Positions 1 to 8,028 of a stretch of 15,190 nt of DNA are shown here, piece after piece; within the stretch, counting starts at the first letter, position 1; each line of letters starts with the position of its first letter. This stretch comes from Spirochaetaceae bacterium (GTDB taxonomy: Bacteria > Spirochaetota > Spirochaetia > Treponematales > Breznakiellaceae), in the NCBI GenBank assembly GCA_031290405.1, contig JAITNO010000036.1, forward strand, positions 1 to 15,190, in the 5' to 3' direction. The notes beneath the pieces are model-generated. The model did no database searches, was not told the origin of the DNA, and saw only the letters and a list, made by a program, of their open reading frames with translations. The position numbers and the translations under genes were made by a program.

Positions 1-3000
1 TCGGCCAGCTTCATCTGTTCGAGGGCTCGCTTGTATTCGACGGGGAGGACTTTGATGAAGCGGGGCTTTTCTTCGGCCCAGCGGGAAAGGATGCCCGAGG
101 CGTGGGCGGAGCCTGTCCAGTAGACGTGCTTGCGGATTGCTTCTTTGACGAAGGCCTCGTCTTCGCCGTCTTCGAGGCCGGAAAGGTCGACCATGCCGCT
201 GTTGAGGTAATACTCGAAGTTGCCGCGGTGGTCGAGGACGTAGGCGACGCCGCCCGACATCCCCGCGGCGAAGTTGCGCCCGACGTTGCCCAGGACGACG
301 AGGCGGCCGCCGGTCATGTATTCGGCGCAGTGGTCGCCTGAGCCTTCGACGACGGCGGTGGCGCCTGAGTTGCGGACGCAGAAGCGTTCGCCTGCGATGC
401 CGGCTATGTAGGCTTCGCCGGCGGTGGCGCCGTAGAGGATGGTGTTCCCGGCGATGATGTTTTCGCAGCTCTTGTATGTGGAGCCCGGCGGGGGGAAGAC
501 GGCGATGATGCCGCCGGACAGCCCTTTGCCGAGGTAGTCGTTTGCGTCGCCGGAGAGTCTGAAGGTGATGCCGCGGGCGAGGAAGGCGCCGAAGCTCTGT
601 CCGGCTGAGCCGCTCCAGTCGACGGTGATGCAGTTTTCGTGGAGGCCGTCGTCGCCGTAGCGGCGGGAGATTTCGTAGGAGAGCATGGTGCCGACGGCGC
701 GGTCGGTGTTGTGGATGGGGAGCTCGAGGCTTACGGCGCGTTTTTCGTCGAGGGCTTTGCGGCACTTTTCGATGAGGCAGCGGTCGAGCACGCGGTCGAT
801 GCGGTGGATCTGCTCCCCGGTGCAGTGGGTTTCGCCGCCGCCGGCGATGGAGTTTGGGCCTTCCGCCTTGAAGAGCAGAGCTGAGAGGTCGACGCCGGCT
901 GACTTAGGTTTTCCTGAGGGGCGCTGGACGAGGCAATCCGTCCGCCCGACGAGGTCGTCGAAGCGGCGGAAGCCGAGGGAGGCCATCGTCTCGCGGACTT
1001 CTTCGGCAAGGAAGCGGAAGAAGGTGACGAGGTGTTCGGGTTTGCCCTGGAAGCGGGCGCGGAGGACGGGGTCCTGCGTGGCGACGCCCATGGGGCAGGT
1101 GTTTTCGTGGCACTTTCGCATCATGACGCAGCCCAAGACGATGAGGGTTGAGGTGCCGAAGCCGAACTCTTCGGCGCCGAGGAGTCCGGCGATGACGATG
1201 TCGCGGCCGGTCTTGAGCTGCCCGTCGGTTTGCAGGCGGACGCGCCCCCGCAGGCCATTTTTGACGAGGGTCTGGTGGGTCTCACAGAGGCCGAGCTCCC
1301 AAGGGAGGCCGGCGTGGCGGATGCTGGACTGGGGGCTTGCCCCGGTGCCGCCGTCGTAGCCTGATATGAGGAGGTTGTCGGCGTGGGCTTTGACGACGCC
1401 GGCGGCGACGGTGCCGACGCCCGCCTCGGAGACGAGTTTGACGGAGATGCGCGCCCCCGGATTGGCGTTCTTCAGGTCGAATATGAGCTCGGCTAAGTCT
1501 TCGATGGAGTAGATGTCGTGGTGGGGCGGGGGGCTTATCAGCGTAACGCCGGGCGTGGAGTGCCGCGTCTTGCCGATCATCACGTCGACCTTGTGTCCGG
1601 GGAGCTGGCCGCCTTCGCCGGGCTTGGCGCCCTGCGCCATCTTGATCTGCAGCTCGATGCAGTGGGCGAGGTAGTTGCTCGTTACGCCGAAGCGGGCGGA
1701 GGCGACTTGTTTGATGGCGCTGCGCGTGGAGCTGCCGTCGCTCTTGGCGGGGAAGCGTTCAGGGTCTTCGCCGCCTTCGCCTGAGTTGCTGCGTCCGTGG
1801 ATGGAGTTCAGCGCGGAGGCGATGGTTTCGTGGGCTTCTTTGGAGATGGAGCCGAAGGACATGGCGCCGGTGGTGAAGCGCCGCATGATGTCTTCGACGG
1901 GTTCCACTTCGTCGATGGGGATTTTTTTACAGCAGCCCCCTTCACCTTCCTTGAAGTCGAGGAGGCCGCGGATGACGTGGGGGCGACGGTTGAGGGTGTT
2001 GCAGTGGTTGGTGAACTGTTTGAACGTGGCGTAGCAGGCGGTGCGGGCGGCCCACTGGAGCAGGTAGATTGCTTGCGGGTTCCACGCGTGGGCTTCGCCG
2101 CCCTGCCGCCAGCGGTACTGTCCGTCGCCTGAGAGCAGGGTGGTGGGGAGTATGTCGCCGGCGGCGCCTGGGGCGGCGCCTGAGGCGGCGCCTGAGGCGG
2201 CGCCTGAGGCGTTCCAGCCTGGGGCTGATTCGGGCGAGGCTTGGTAGGCGTCGTCCCCCTTGAGGGCGAGGCGGTAGCGGGACAGGGCTTCGGTTTCCAG
2301 CTCGGCGAAGCGCACACCTGCGATGCGGCTTGGGGTGCCGGCAAAGCAGGCGTCGATGACTTCGGGGCCGAGGCCGACGGCTTCGAAGATCTGGGCGCCT
2401 CGGTAGGAGCGCAGCGTGCTGGTGCCCATCTTTGCCATGACTTTGAGCATGGCCTTCTGCAAGCCTTTCAGATACTGATGTTCGGCCTCCGCGTAGCTTT
2501 TCGTCCGGCCGCCGTCGAAGCCGGCGCAGAGGGCGGCGATGGAGGACAGCGCGCCGTAGGGGGCCACCGCGTCGGCGCCGTAGCCAAAGAGGAGGGCGAA
2601 GTGCATGATCTCTCTTGGCTCGCAGGATTCGACGATGAGGGAGAGCTTCATACGGAGGCCGGCGCGGATGAGGGCGTGGTGGACGGCGCCTGCGGCGAGG
2701 AGGGCGGGGATGGCGCAGAGGGCGGCCTCGGGGCGGGCGGCGGCTCTGTCGGAGAGGACGAGGAGGCCGGCGCCGCCGGCGGCGGCTTCGAGGGCTCCGG
2801 CGACGAGGGCGTCGAGGGAGGCTTTGAGGCTGCCGGCGGGGCCGGCGGCGCCAAAGACGGCGTTCAATCTGCACAGGGTAAAGCCGTGTGCGGCGACGGC
2901 GGCGAGGGAGGCCATGTCGCCGTCGGTGAGTATGGGGTTTTTGACTTTGATGCGGCGGCAGTGGGCGGGGCTCTCGTCCATAAGGTTGAGCTGGGGGCCG

Positions 3001-4628
3001 AGGAAGCTCGTCAGGGTCATCACGAGGTCTTCGCGGATGGAGTCGATGGGCGGGTTCGTCACCTGGGCGAACAACTGCTTGAAGTAGGCGTAGGGCCGCT
3101 GCGGGATGTCGGAGAAGACGGCCAGCGGCGTGTCCGTCCCCATGGAGCCGGTGGGCTCCTGCCCCGTCTCCACCATCGGGATAAAGAGTCTGTCGCGGTC
3201 TTCCCGCGTATACCCCGCCTGCCTCTCAAGAAAGAGTATCTCCCTATCGTTTAGTGGCGGGGGCGCGCTCTCCGCTCCCCCCTCCTGGTCGAGCGTAATG
3301 ACATTCTCCTTCACCCACTGCGCGTAAGGCCGCGCCGTGGAGACCTGCTCCTTCACCTCGCCGTCGGGGATGATGCGCCCCTCTTCGAGGTCGACGAGGA
3401 GGAGCTTTCCGGGGAGGAGGCGCCCCTTGTATTCGATCTCTTCGGGGGCGAAGTCCTGGACGCCGGTTTCGGAGGCCATGACGATGAGGCCGCTTTTGGT
3501 GATGGTGTAGCGCGAGGGGCGCAGGCCGTTGCGGTCGAGGGTGCCGCCGACGTAGCGGCCGTCGCAGAAGACGATGGAGGCGGGCCCGTCCCAGGGCTCC
3601 ATCAGGCAGGCGTTGTATTCATAGAAGGCTTTGAGCTCGTCGCTGATGGGGTTCTTTTCGTTCCAGGCTTCGGGGATCATCATCATCAGCGCCTGGGGGA
3701 GGCTTTTGCCCGCGTGGACGAGGAACTCGAGCATATTGTCGAAGCTCGCCGAGTCGCTCTTGTCCGGCTCGACGACGGGGAGGATGCGGGCCAGGTCGGC
3801 GCCGAAGCGGGGGCTCTCGTAGAGGGCTTCGCGCGCGCGCGCCCAGAAGCGGTTGCCCTTGATCGTGTTGATTTCGCCGTTGTGGGCGATCATGCGGAAG
3901 GGCTGGGCCAGGTCCCACGAGGGGAACGTGTTCGTCGAGAAGCGGCTGTGCACGAGGGCGACCGCCGTCTCCACCTCGCCCTCGCCCAGTTCGGGGAAGC
4001 ATTCCCGCAGTTGCACAGGCATCAGCATCCCCTTGTAGACGATGATCTTTGACGAGAGGGACAGGATGTAGGGCTTTTCGCCGGCGCCGCCCGCGCCCAC
4101 CGCGCCCGAGGCCCCCGCGTTCACCGCACCCTCGAACCGCTTGCGGAGGATGTAGAGGCGCAGCTCCAGGGGCTGGTCGCTGGGGGCTTTCGGCACAAAG
4201 AACAGCTGCACCACCGCCGGTTGCGCCGCCCGCGCGATTGAGCCGATGCCGCCGTCGTTCACCGGCACCTCGCGCACGGGGAGCATATCAAGCCCCCCCT
4301 CGTCCGCAAGAGAAGCAAGGCAAGCCAGCGCACGCTCCCGCGCCACCCCCCCCTTAGGCGCAAAGAGCAGCCCCGTGCCGTAGCCCCCCGCGTCCGGCAG
4401 CGCCTCGCCTGCAAGCCCCTTGTAGAAGGCATGGGGAATCTGCAACAGCACCCCCGACCCGTCGCCCGTCTTGTTGTCCGCCCCCTCCGCGCCCCGGTGC
4501 GTCATCCGCTCCAGCACCGTCAGCGCGCGCTCCAGAATCCCGTGCCCCGCACGCCCGCGAATATCCGCGACAAACCCAATGCCGCACGCGTCATGCTCAT
4601 ATTCCCGACCGTATAAACCCTCGCACAT
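1..4628 (-). CDS. gltB: Glutamate synthase large subunit (GltB-type), single continuous ORF, with the C-terminal end beyond the window start
   Basis: The reverse-strand translation from the ATG at 4628..4626 reads MCEGLYGREYEHDACGIGFVADIRGRAGHGILERALTVLERMTHRGAEGADNKTGDGSGVLLQIPH. This is the Ntn-amidotransferase start, with the nucleophile Cys in the ...HDACGIGF motif. Mid-gene it reads RRFTTGAMSFGSISKEAHE...IKQVASARFGV...IQIKMAQGAKPGEGGQLPGHKV...LISPPPHHDIYSIEDLAELIFDLKNANPGARISVKLVSEAGVGTVAAGVVKAHAD...SGYDGGTGASPQSSIRHAGLPWELGL.ETHQTLV (FMN domain). Near position 1 it reads GATAGEAYIAGIAGERFCVRNSGATAVVEGSGDHCAEYMTGGRLVVLGNVGRNFAAGMSGG (the GXGXG C-terminal domain). The frame (top coordinate = 2 mod 3) has no stop in 4.6 kb. 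No listed minus-strand ORF lies in this frame, which fits an unterminated ORF that leaves the window. The start could instead be the ATG at 4634 (MIMCEG); GAGGA lies 5 nt upstream of the 4628 ATG. Confidence 0.9.
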   Translation of the reverse strand, partial: MCEGLYGREYEHDACGIGFVADIRGRAGHGILERALTVLERMTHRGAEGADNKTGDGSGVLLQIPHAFYKGLAGEALPDAGGYGTGLLFAPKGGVARERALACLASLADEGGLDMLPVREVPVNDGGIGSIARAAQPAVVQLFFVPKAPSDQPLELRLYILRKRFEGAVNAGASGAVGAGGAGEKPYILSLSSKIIVYKGMLMPVQLRECFPELGEGEVETAVALVHSRFSTNTFPSWDLAQPFRMIAHNGEINTIKGNRFWARAREALYESPRFGADLARILPVVEPDKSDSASFDNMLEFLVHAGKSLPQALMMMIPEAWNEKNPISDELKAFYEYNACLMEPWDGPASIVFCDGRYVGGTLDRNGLRPSRYTITKSGLIVMASETGVQDFAPEEIEYKGRLLPGKLLLVDLEEGRIIPDGEVKEQVSTARPYAQWVKENVITLDQEGGAESAPPPLNDREILFLERQAGYTREDRDRLFIPMVETGQEPTGSMGTDTPLAVFSDIPQRPYAYFKQLFAQVTNPPIDSIREDLVMTLTSFLGPQLNLMDESPAHCRRIKVKNPILTDGDMASLAAVAAHGFTLCRLNAVFGAAGPAGSLKASLDALVAGALEAAAGGAGLLVLSDRAAARPEAALCAIPALLAAGAVHHALIRAGLRMKLSLIVESCEPREIMHFALLFGYGADAVAPYGALSSIAALCAGFDGGRTKSYAEAEHQYLKGLQKAMLKVMAKMGTSTLRSYRGAQIFEAVGLGPEVIDACFAGTPSRIAGVRFAELETEALSRYRLALKGDDAYQASPESAPGWNASGAASGAASGAAPGAAGDILPTTLLSGDGQYRWRQGGEAHAWNPQAIYLLQWAARTACYATFKQFTNHCNTLNRRPHVIRGLLDFKEGEGGCCKKIPIDEVEPVEDIMRRFTTGAMSFGSISKEAHETIASALNSIHGRSNSGEGGEDPERFPAKSDGSSTRSAIKQVASARFGVTSNYLAHCIELQIKMAQGAKPGEGGQLPGHKVDVMIGKTRHSTPGVTLISPPPHHDIYSIEDLAELIFDLKNANPGARISVKLVSEAGVGTVAAGVVKAHADNLLISGYDGGTGASPQSSIRHAGLPWELGLCETHQTLVKNGLRGRVRLQTDGQLKTGRDIVIAGLLGAEEFGFGTSTLIVLGCVMMRKCHENTCPMGVATQDPVLRARFQGKPEHLVTFFRFLAEEVRETMASLGFRRFDDLVGRTDCLVQRPSGKPKSAGVDLSALLFKAEGPNSIAGGGETHCTGEQIHRIDRVLDRCLIEKCRKALDEKRAVSLELPIHNTDRAVGTMLSYEISRRYGDDGLHENCITVDWSGSAGQSFGAFLARGITFRLSGDANDYLGKGLSGGIIAVFPPPGSTYKSCENIIAGNTILYGATAGEAYIAGIAGERFCVRNSGATAVVEGSGDHCAEYMTGGRLVVLGNVGRNFAAGMSGGVAYVLDHRGNFEYYLNSGMVDLSGLEDGEDEAFVKEAIRKHVYWTGSAHASGILSRWAEEKPRFIKVLPVEYKRALEQMKLA
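2161..2212 (-). repeat. In-frame 12-bp tandem repeat (ggcggcgcctga x ~4.3) inside gltB, encoding a Gly/Ala/Ser linker (…ASGAASGAASGAAPGAAGD…)
   Basis: There are four direct, adjacent copies of ggcggcgcctg(a/g) plus a partial copy. In the gltB frame this translates to SGAA-SGAA-SGAA-PGAA, immediately upstream of the DGQYRWRQGGEAHAW...YLLQWAARTACYATFKQF segment. The unit length is a multiple of 3. In the other two minus frames it yields the PQAPPQAPP and RRRLRRRL strings seen in the ORF track. Confidence 0.8.
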
Positions 4629-4701
4629 AATCATCCTCACTTTTAAGTATCAGCATGATAGCCAAGCAAGACGATTTACGCAACATAGAAGAGGAGGAGA
4701 A

Positions 4702-4790
4702 GGGGGGCGTCCCCCCCTACGCGCGCACTGCGTTGCGCGCTACCCCCCCAGCGGGGGGGCGCCGCCCCCCCGCAACGCCCCCCCCGCTGG
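4702..4790. repeat. Cluster of G-run/C-run palindromes (GGGGGGcgtCCCCCCC; GCGCGCA-ctgcgt-TGCGCGC; ccagcGGGGGGGcgccgCCCCCCCgcaacgCCCCCCCCgctgg)
   Basis: Inverted repeats read directly: 4702-4717; 4721-4740; 4748-4790 with alternative pairings of the G7 run with either of two C7/C8 runs. The cluster sits in the divergent gltB/ftsH intergenic region. Confidence 0.8.
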
Positions 4791-4837
4791 AAGGCCTGAG
4801 GCCCCCCAGACCCCCCCATTAGCCGGGCGTCCTTCCC

Positions 4838-5134
4838 GGGGTGAAAGCCTCACTCCTATAGGGGTGAGGGTATCCCCCCTACTCGGGGTGAGGGTATCCC
4901 CCTACTAGGGGTGAGGGCATCCCCCCTATAGGGGTGAGGGTCTCCCCCCTACTAGGGGTGAGGGCATCCCCCCTATAGGGGTGAGTGTCTCCCCCTACTA
5001 GGGGTGAAAATCTCTGTCCTATAGGACAGATAATCTCTGTCCTATAGGACAGATGATCTATGTCCTAGTAGGACAGAGACTCTCTGCCCTAGTGCGCAGG
5101 ACTCTCTGCCCTCGTGCGCAGAGACTCTCTGCCC
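4838..5134. repeat. Tandem array 1: ~13 abutting units, period 22-26 bp (mean ~23.5), each an imperfect hairpin joined to the next through palindromic CC-TATA-GG / CC-TACTA-GG junctions. The unit sequence drifts progressively along the array.
   Basis: Units start at 4838, 4861, 4885, 4908, 4931, 4955, 4978, 5001, 5025, 5047, 5071, 5097, 5121. Example units in order: ggggtgagggtatcccccc-tactc; ggggtgagggcatcccccc-tata; ggggtgagtgtctccccc-tacta; ggggtgaaaatctctgtcc-tata; ggacagataatctctgtcc-tata; ggacagatgatctatgtcc-tagta; ggacagagactctctgccc-tagtgcgca; ggactctctgccc-tcgtgcgca; gagactctctgccc. There are no unique spacers, so it is not CRISPR-like. Confidence 0.85.
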
Positions 5135-5273
5135 AGAAGCGCCCCGCTCGGGGCGTGGCCCCGTAGGGCATTACAAAAAGCATCCCAAGGCTGGGGAGAG
5201 CAGCTTGCAACCTTTAAGCGCATTGCTCGGCGCCGCAGCGCCGTAGGCCGCGAGAAGCGCCCTCGGCGCCGCC

Positions 5274-5302
5274 TTGCATTTAAGTGTGCTTGGTCTTACA
5301 CT
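5274..5302 (+). promoter_or_regulatory. Candidate sigma70-type promoter for ftsH: -35 TTGCAT (5274-5279), 17-bp spacer, -10 TACACT (5297-5302). The ATG lies 7 nt downstream, implying a leaderless or near-leaderless transcript.
   Basis: Hexamers read directly. No Shine-Dalgarno fits between the -10 and the ATG at 5310. The ORF-track 'start' at 5274 is a TTG that coincides with the -35 element. Confidence 0.4.
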
Positions 5303-5309
5303 GGCGGTG

Positions 5310-7187
5310 ATGAACAACAACCTCCCCGGTGGGAACAATGCTGGACAAAAGGCGCCGCCGAGCCGCATGATACTCGTTTTTTTTCTGGCGCTTGGCGCTA
5401 TAGCGTTCTTTTATATGAGGTCGCACAACGCGGCGCTCGTCGCTCTTTCCTACAGCGACTTTCTGGCCCTGCTGAGCGACGACGCCAAAAAGCCGGCGGA
5501 GGTAACGATCGTCGACGATAAGAAGATCACCTGGCGGACGGGGGCGCCGGCGACCGCCTACGAAACGCTGATCCCCTACGGCGACCCCGGCCTCTTGCCG
5601 GCCCTCGAAGCGCACGGCATTCGGGTGAGCGGCGCGGAGAAGCAGGTGGGCTTCTTCGACGTTGTGCTCGAATTCCTTCCCTGGCTGATCGTGTGTTTCT
5701 TCATTATGACGATCTTCCGCAATATGCAGGCGAACGTCCCCGGCGGGCGGGGCTTTAACTTCGGCAAGAGCCGTGCGCGGCTTTACGAGGGCAAGGGAAA
5801 GAAGGTTGCCTTTGCCGATGTGGCAGGTCAGGTCGACGCGAAGGCTGAGCTTGAAGAGGTGGTGGCGTTCCTCAAGGATCCTGATAAGTTTACGAAGATG
5901 GGCGCGCGGATCCCTAAGGGCGTCCTGTTGGTGGGGATGCCGGGGACGGGCAAGACCTTGATGGCGCGCGCGGTCGCCGGCGAAGCGAATGTGGATTACT
6001 TCCATATTTCGGGTTCCGACTTTGTGGAGATGTTCGTGGGCGTCGGCGCGAGCCGCGTCCGCGATCTCTTTGAACAGGGGCGCAAGCACAGTCCGTGCAT
6101 CATCTTTATCGATGAGCTGGACGCGGTGGGGAGGACGCGCGGCGCGGGCTACGGCGGCGGCCACGACGAGCGGGAACAGACGCTCAACCAGATGCTTGTC
6201 GAAATGGACGGGTTCGACTCGAAGGATGGGGTGATCATCCTGGCGGCGACGAACCGCCCGGATGTGCTCGACCCGGCGCTGCTCCGCCCGGGGCGCTTCG
6301 ACCGTCAGGTTGTCGTCGCCATGCCGGACATTAACGAGCGCGAGGCTATCCTCAAACTCCACAGTAAAAAGGTGAAGACGGCGGTGGAGATAGACCTTTT
6401 CCGCATCGCGCGGGCGACGCCGGGGATGAGCGGCGCGGACATCGCCAACCTCGTGAACGAGGCGGCGCTGCTGGCCGCCCGCAAGGACAAGGCGTCCGTC
6501 GACATGGCCGACTTCGAGGAGGCGCGGGACAAAATCCTCATGGGCGTCGCCCGCAGCTCGCTTGCCATCTCGGACAAGGAGAGGCGCATGACGGCCGTCC
6601 ACGAGGCGGGGCACGCTCTGCTCCACTACTTCCTCCCCAACGCCGACCCGCTGCACAAGGTTACCATCATCCCCCACGGACGCGCGCTCGGCATGGCGAT
6701 CTCGCTGCCCGAACAGGACAGTTTTAGCCGCACGCGGGGCTGGATAGAAGACCGCATCTCGATTTGTTACGGGGGATGGCTGGCCGAAAAGCTCATCTAT
6801 GACGAAACGACGACCGGCACAAAGAACGACCTGGAACAGGCTACCGAAATGGCGCGGAACATGGTCTGCGAATGGGGCATGGCGGAGGATATTGGGCCCA
6901 TCACCTTCGGACAGGAGGAGGAGCCGATCTTTCTGGGCAAGGAGATTGCCCGCCACAAGGATTATTCTGAAGAGACGGCCCGCCGCATCGACGAGGCGAT
7001 CAAGCGCATCCTCGACCAGGCGCGTGCGCGCGCCGAAACGATACTCGACGCCAACCGGCTGATGCTCGAACGCCTGGCCGCCGCCCTCCTCGAGCGCGAA
7101 ACGCTCATCGACGCCGAAGTGCGCCGCCTCCTGGGCCTGCCGGCACGGGACGACGTTGGCGTCATTGCCGCGCCGGCTATGCTCTAG
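5310..7187 (+). CDS. ftsH: ATP-dependent zinc metalloprotease FtsH (AAA+ / M41 peptidase)
   Basis: First in-frame ATG of ORF 5274..7187 ([36 protein letters not shown]...). Two TM segments flank a ~70-aa periplasmic region. Walker A is GMPGTGKT, Walker B is [10 protein letters not shown], and the second region of homology is [20 protein letters not shown]. The zinc site is HEAGHAL, followed by [18 protein letters not shown]. The alignment to E. coli FtsH, recalled from memory, is unambiguous. Confidence 0.95.
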   Translation: MNNNLPGGNNAGQKAPPSRMILVFFLALGAIAFFYMRSHNAALVALSYSDFLALLSDDAKKPAEVTIVDDKKITWRTGAPATAYETLIPYGDPGLLPALEAHGIRVSGAEKQVGFFDVVLEFLPWLIVCFFIMTIFRNMQANVPGGRGFNFGKSRARLYEGKGKKVAFADVAGQVDAKAELEEVVAFLKDPDKFTKMGARIPKGVLLVGMPGTGKTLMARAVAGEANVDYFHISGSDFVEMFVGVGASRVRDLFEQGRKHSPCIIFIDELDAVGRTRGAGYGGGHDEREQTLNQMLVEMDGFDSKDGVIILAATNRPDVLDPALLRPGRFDRQVVVAMPDINEREAILKLHSKKVKTAVEIDLFRIARATPGMSGADIANLVNEAALLAARKDKASVDMADFEEARDKILMGVARSSLAISDKERRMTAVHEAGHALLHYFLPNADPLHKVTIIPHGRALGMAISLPEQDSFSRTRGWIEDRISICYGGWLAEKLIYDETTTGTKNDLEQATEMARNMVCEWGMAEDIGPITFGQEEEPIFLGKEIARHKDYSEETARRIDEAIKRILDQARARAETILDANRLMLERLAAALLERETLIDAEVRRLLGLPARDDVGVIAAPAML

Positions 7188-7828
7188 GCGGCGCTGCCGG
7201 AGCGCGCCAGGCCGCGCACGAAGCATCCGTGCAGCACGGCCAGGGGCTCGAACTTATACACTTCTATCGCCGTGCTTTCAAACAGAACCTTTATGTCGGT
7301 GGGGAACTCGTCGTCGCCCTCGTAGTAGACGAGCTTGACCGGAACTTTGGGCAACAGGTCGCAGCCCCACCATTTCCCGCCGCCGCGTGAGCCTTCGTCC
7401 TTCATGCCAAGCTTCAACGCCGCTCTCTGGAACGCGCCGTAGTCCGCGCCATAGGCCCTGCCCAAGGGACTGGCCGCCTTCTCAAAGCTGCTGCCGCCTG
7501 ACGCAAAGACGCCGTGCGAAAAACTCGAAAGCAGACGGAAGTCGTTCCCCGGCGCAACGTCGGACGGGGAGAGCGCGTAATACCCCAGGACGCTCCGCGT
7601 GTTAAAGTCCCACTCTTCGCCCATGTCAGGCGCCCCTTCGCCCTTGGGGACGACGGCGCCGCGGGCAATCGAATACGTCCGGCCCAGAAAATCCAGCTCC
7701 GCCTCGTCCGGGGAGATGAGGCGCAAGCCCATGCGCCGCGCCGCGTCCTCAAAATCCAGGTCTTCGAGGAGCCCCGCGACCCAGTTGTACGTCTTTACAT
7801 AGCCTTTTTCCACAACAGCAGCCTCCAT
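7184..7828 (-). CDS. Hypothetical protein, probably a DUF3786-family protein; convergent with ftsH, sharing the CTAG stop overlap
   Basis: ORF 7184..7828 has normal amino-acid composition. Its C-terminal half (…WWGCDLLPKVPVKLVYYEGDDEFPTDIKVLFESTAIEVYKFEPLAVLHGCFVRGL) matches my recollection of the DUF3786 pattern LP.VP..L.WEGDEEFP....LFD.....L..EDLAVL. No SD precedes the ATG; see the leaderless promoter below. Confidence 0.55.
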   Translation of the reverse strand: MEAAVVEKGYVKTYNWVAGLLEDLDFEDAARRMGLRLISPDEAELDFLGRTYSIARGAVVPKGEGAPDMGEEWDFNTRSVLGYYALSPSDVAPGNDFRLLSSFSHGVFASGGSSFEKAASPLGRAYGADYGAFQRAALKLGMKDEGSRGGGKWWGCDLLPKVPVKLVYYEGDDEFPTDIKVLFESTAIEVYKFEPLAVLHGCFVRGLARSGSAA

Positions 7829-7837
7829 AGGGGAATC

Positions 7838-7866
7838 ATTCTAGGCAATGCCTTCCCGCTTGTCAA
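7838..7866 (-). promoter_or_regulatory. Near-consensus promoter on the minus strand: -35 TTGACA (7866-7861), 17-bp spacer, -10 TAGAAT (7843-7838), 9 nt before the ATG of the DUF3786-like gene, i.e. a leaderless mRNA.
   Basis: Minus-strand reading: cTTGACAagcgggaaggcattgccTAGAATgattcccctATGgag. The ATG is at 7828..7826. Confidence 0.55.
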
Positions 7867-8028
7867 CGTTTAAGAGGGGAGGGCGCCCCTTTTGCCCCCC
7901 CTGACCGCCGATGCGCGCGGGCTTTTTGCCGTACCGGCACGGCCGTCCGGCATACCGAACAAGTCATTCGCCATAGCGGATAAGCCGTCCGGCGCACTGC
8001 GCGGGGCGGGCGGCCTACGAACGCAAGC

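Noticed and set aside
731-4587. Several R/P/S-rich minus-strand ORFs (for example 1942..2874, 310 aa, and 3619..4002) and G/A/V/E-rich plus-strand ORFs (for example 2241..3254) across 1-4600
   Set aside because: All lie in the two non-coding minus frames or on the opposite strand of gltB, whose own frame is open for the whole 4.6 kb with textbook GltB motifs. Their compositions are the usual high-GC off-frame artefacts.
5025-5066. GGACAGATAATCTCTGTCC units as Fur boxes (GATAAT)
   Set aside because: Only a single GATAAT hexamer matches. The 7-5-7 arm geometry and flanking bases do not fit the 19-bp Fur consensus, and the motif is one transient state of a drifting repeat.
4838-5134. CRISPR array interpretation of the tandem repeats; the same was considered for 12839-13153
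   Set aside because: The repeats abut directly with no unique spacers. The units are 21-24 bp, below typical CRISPR repeat-plus-spacer periodicity. No cas genes or leader are present.
5274-5309. ORF-track start of ftsH at 5274, adding MHLSVLGLTLAV to the N-terminus
   Set aside because: 5274-5279 is the TTGCAT -35 of a well-spaced promoter. The added residues precede the conserved MNNN...TM1 start. The ATG at 5310 is the first canonical start.
5280-7226. 648-aa minus-strand ORF antisense to ftsH
   Set aside because: It is fully contained in the unambiguous ftsH coding region and has an R/A/G-heavy composition typical of antisense frames in high-GC DNA. No motifs recognised.
7871-7900. GGGGAGGGCGCCCCTTTT as a rho-independent terminator for the flotillin gene
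   Set aside because: The T-tract follows the stem only in the plus orientation, and no plus-strand gene ends there. On the minus strand, where flotillin is transcribed, the stem is preceded by an A-tract rather than followed by a U-tract. It more likely belongs to the GGGG/CCCC palindrome family, or overlaps the -35 region of the DUF3786 gene promoter.
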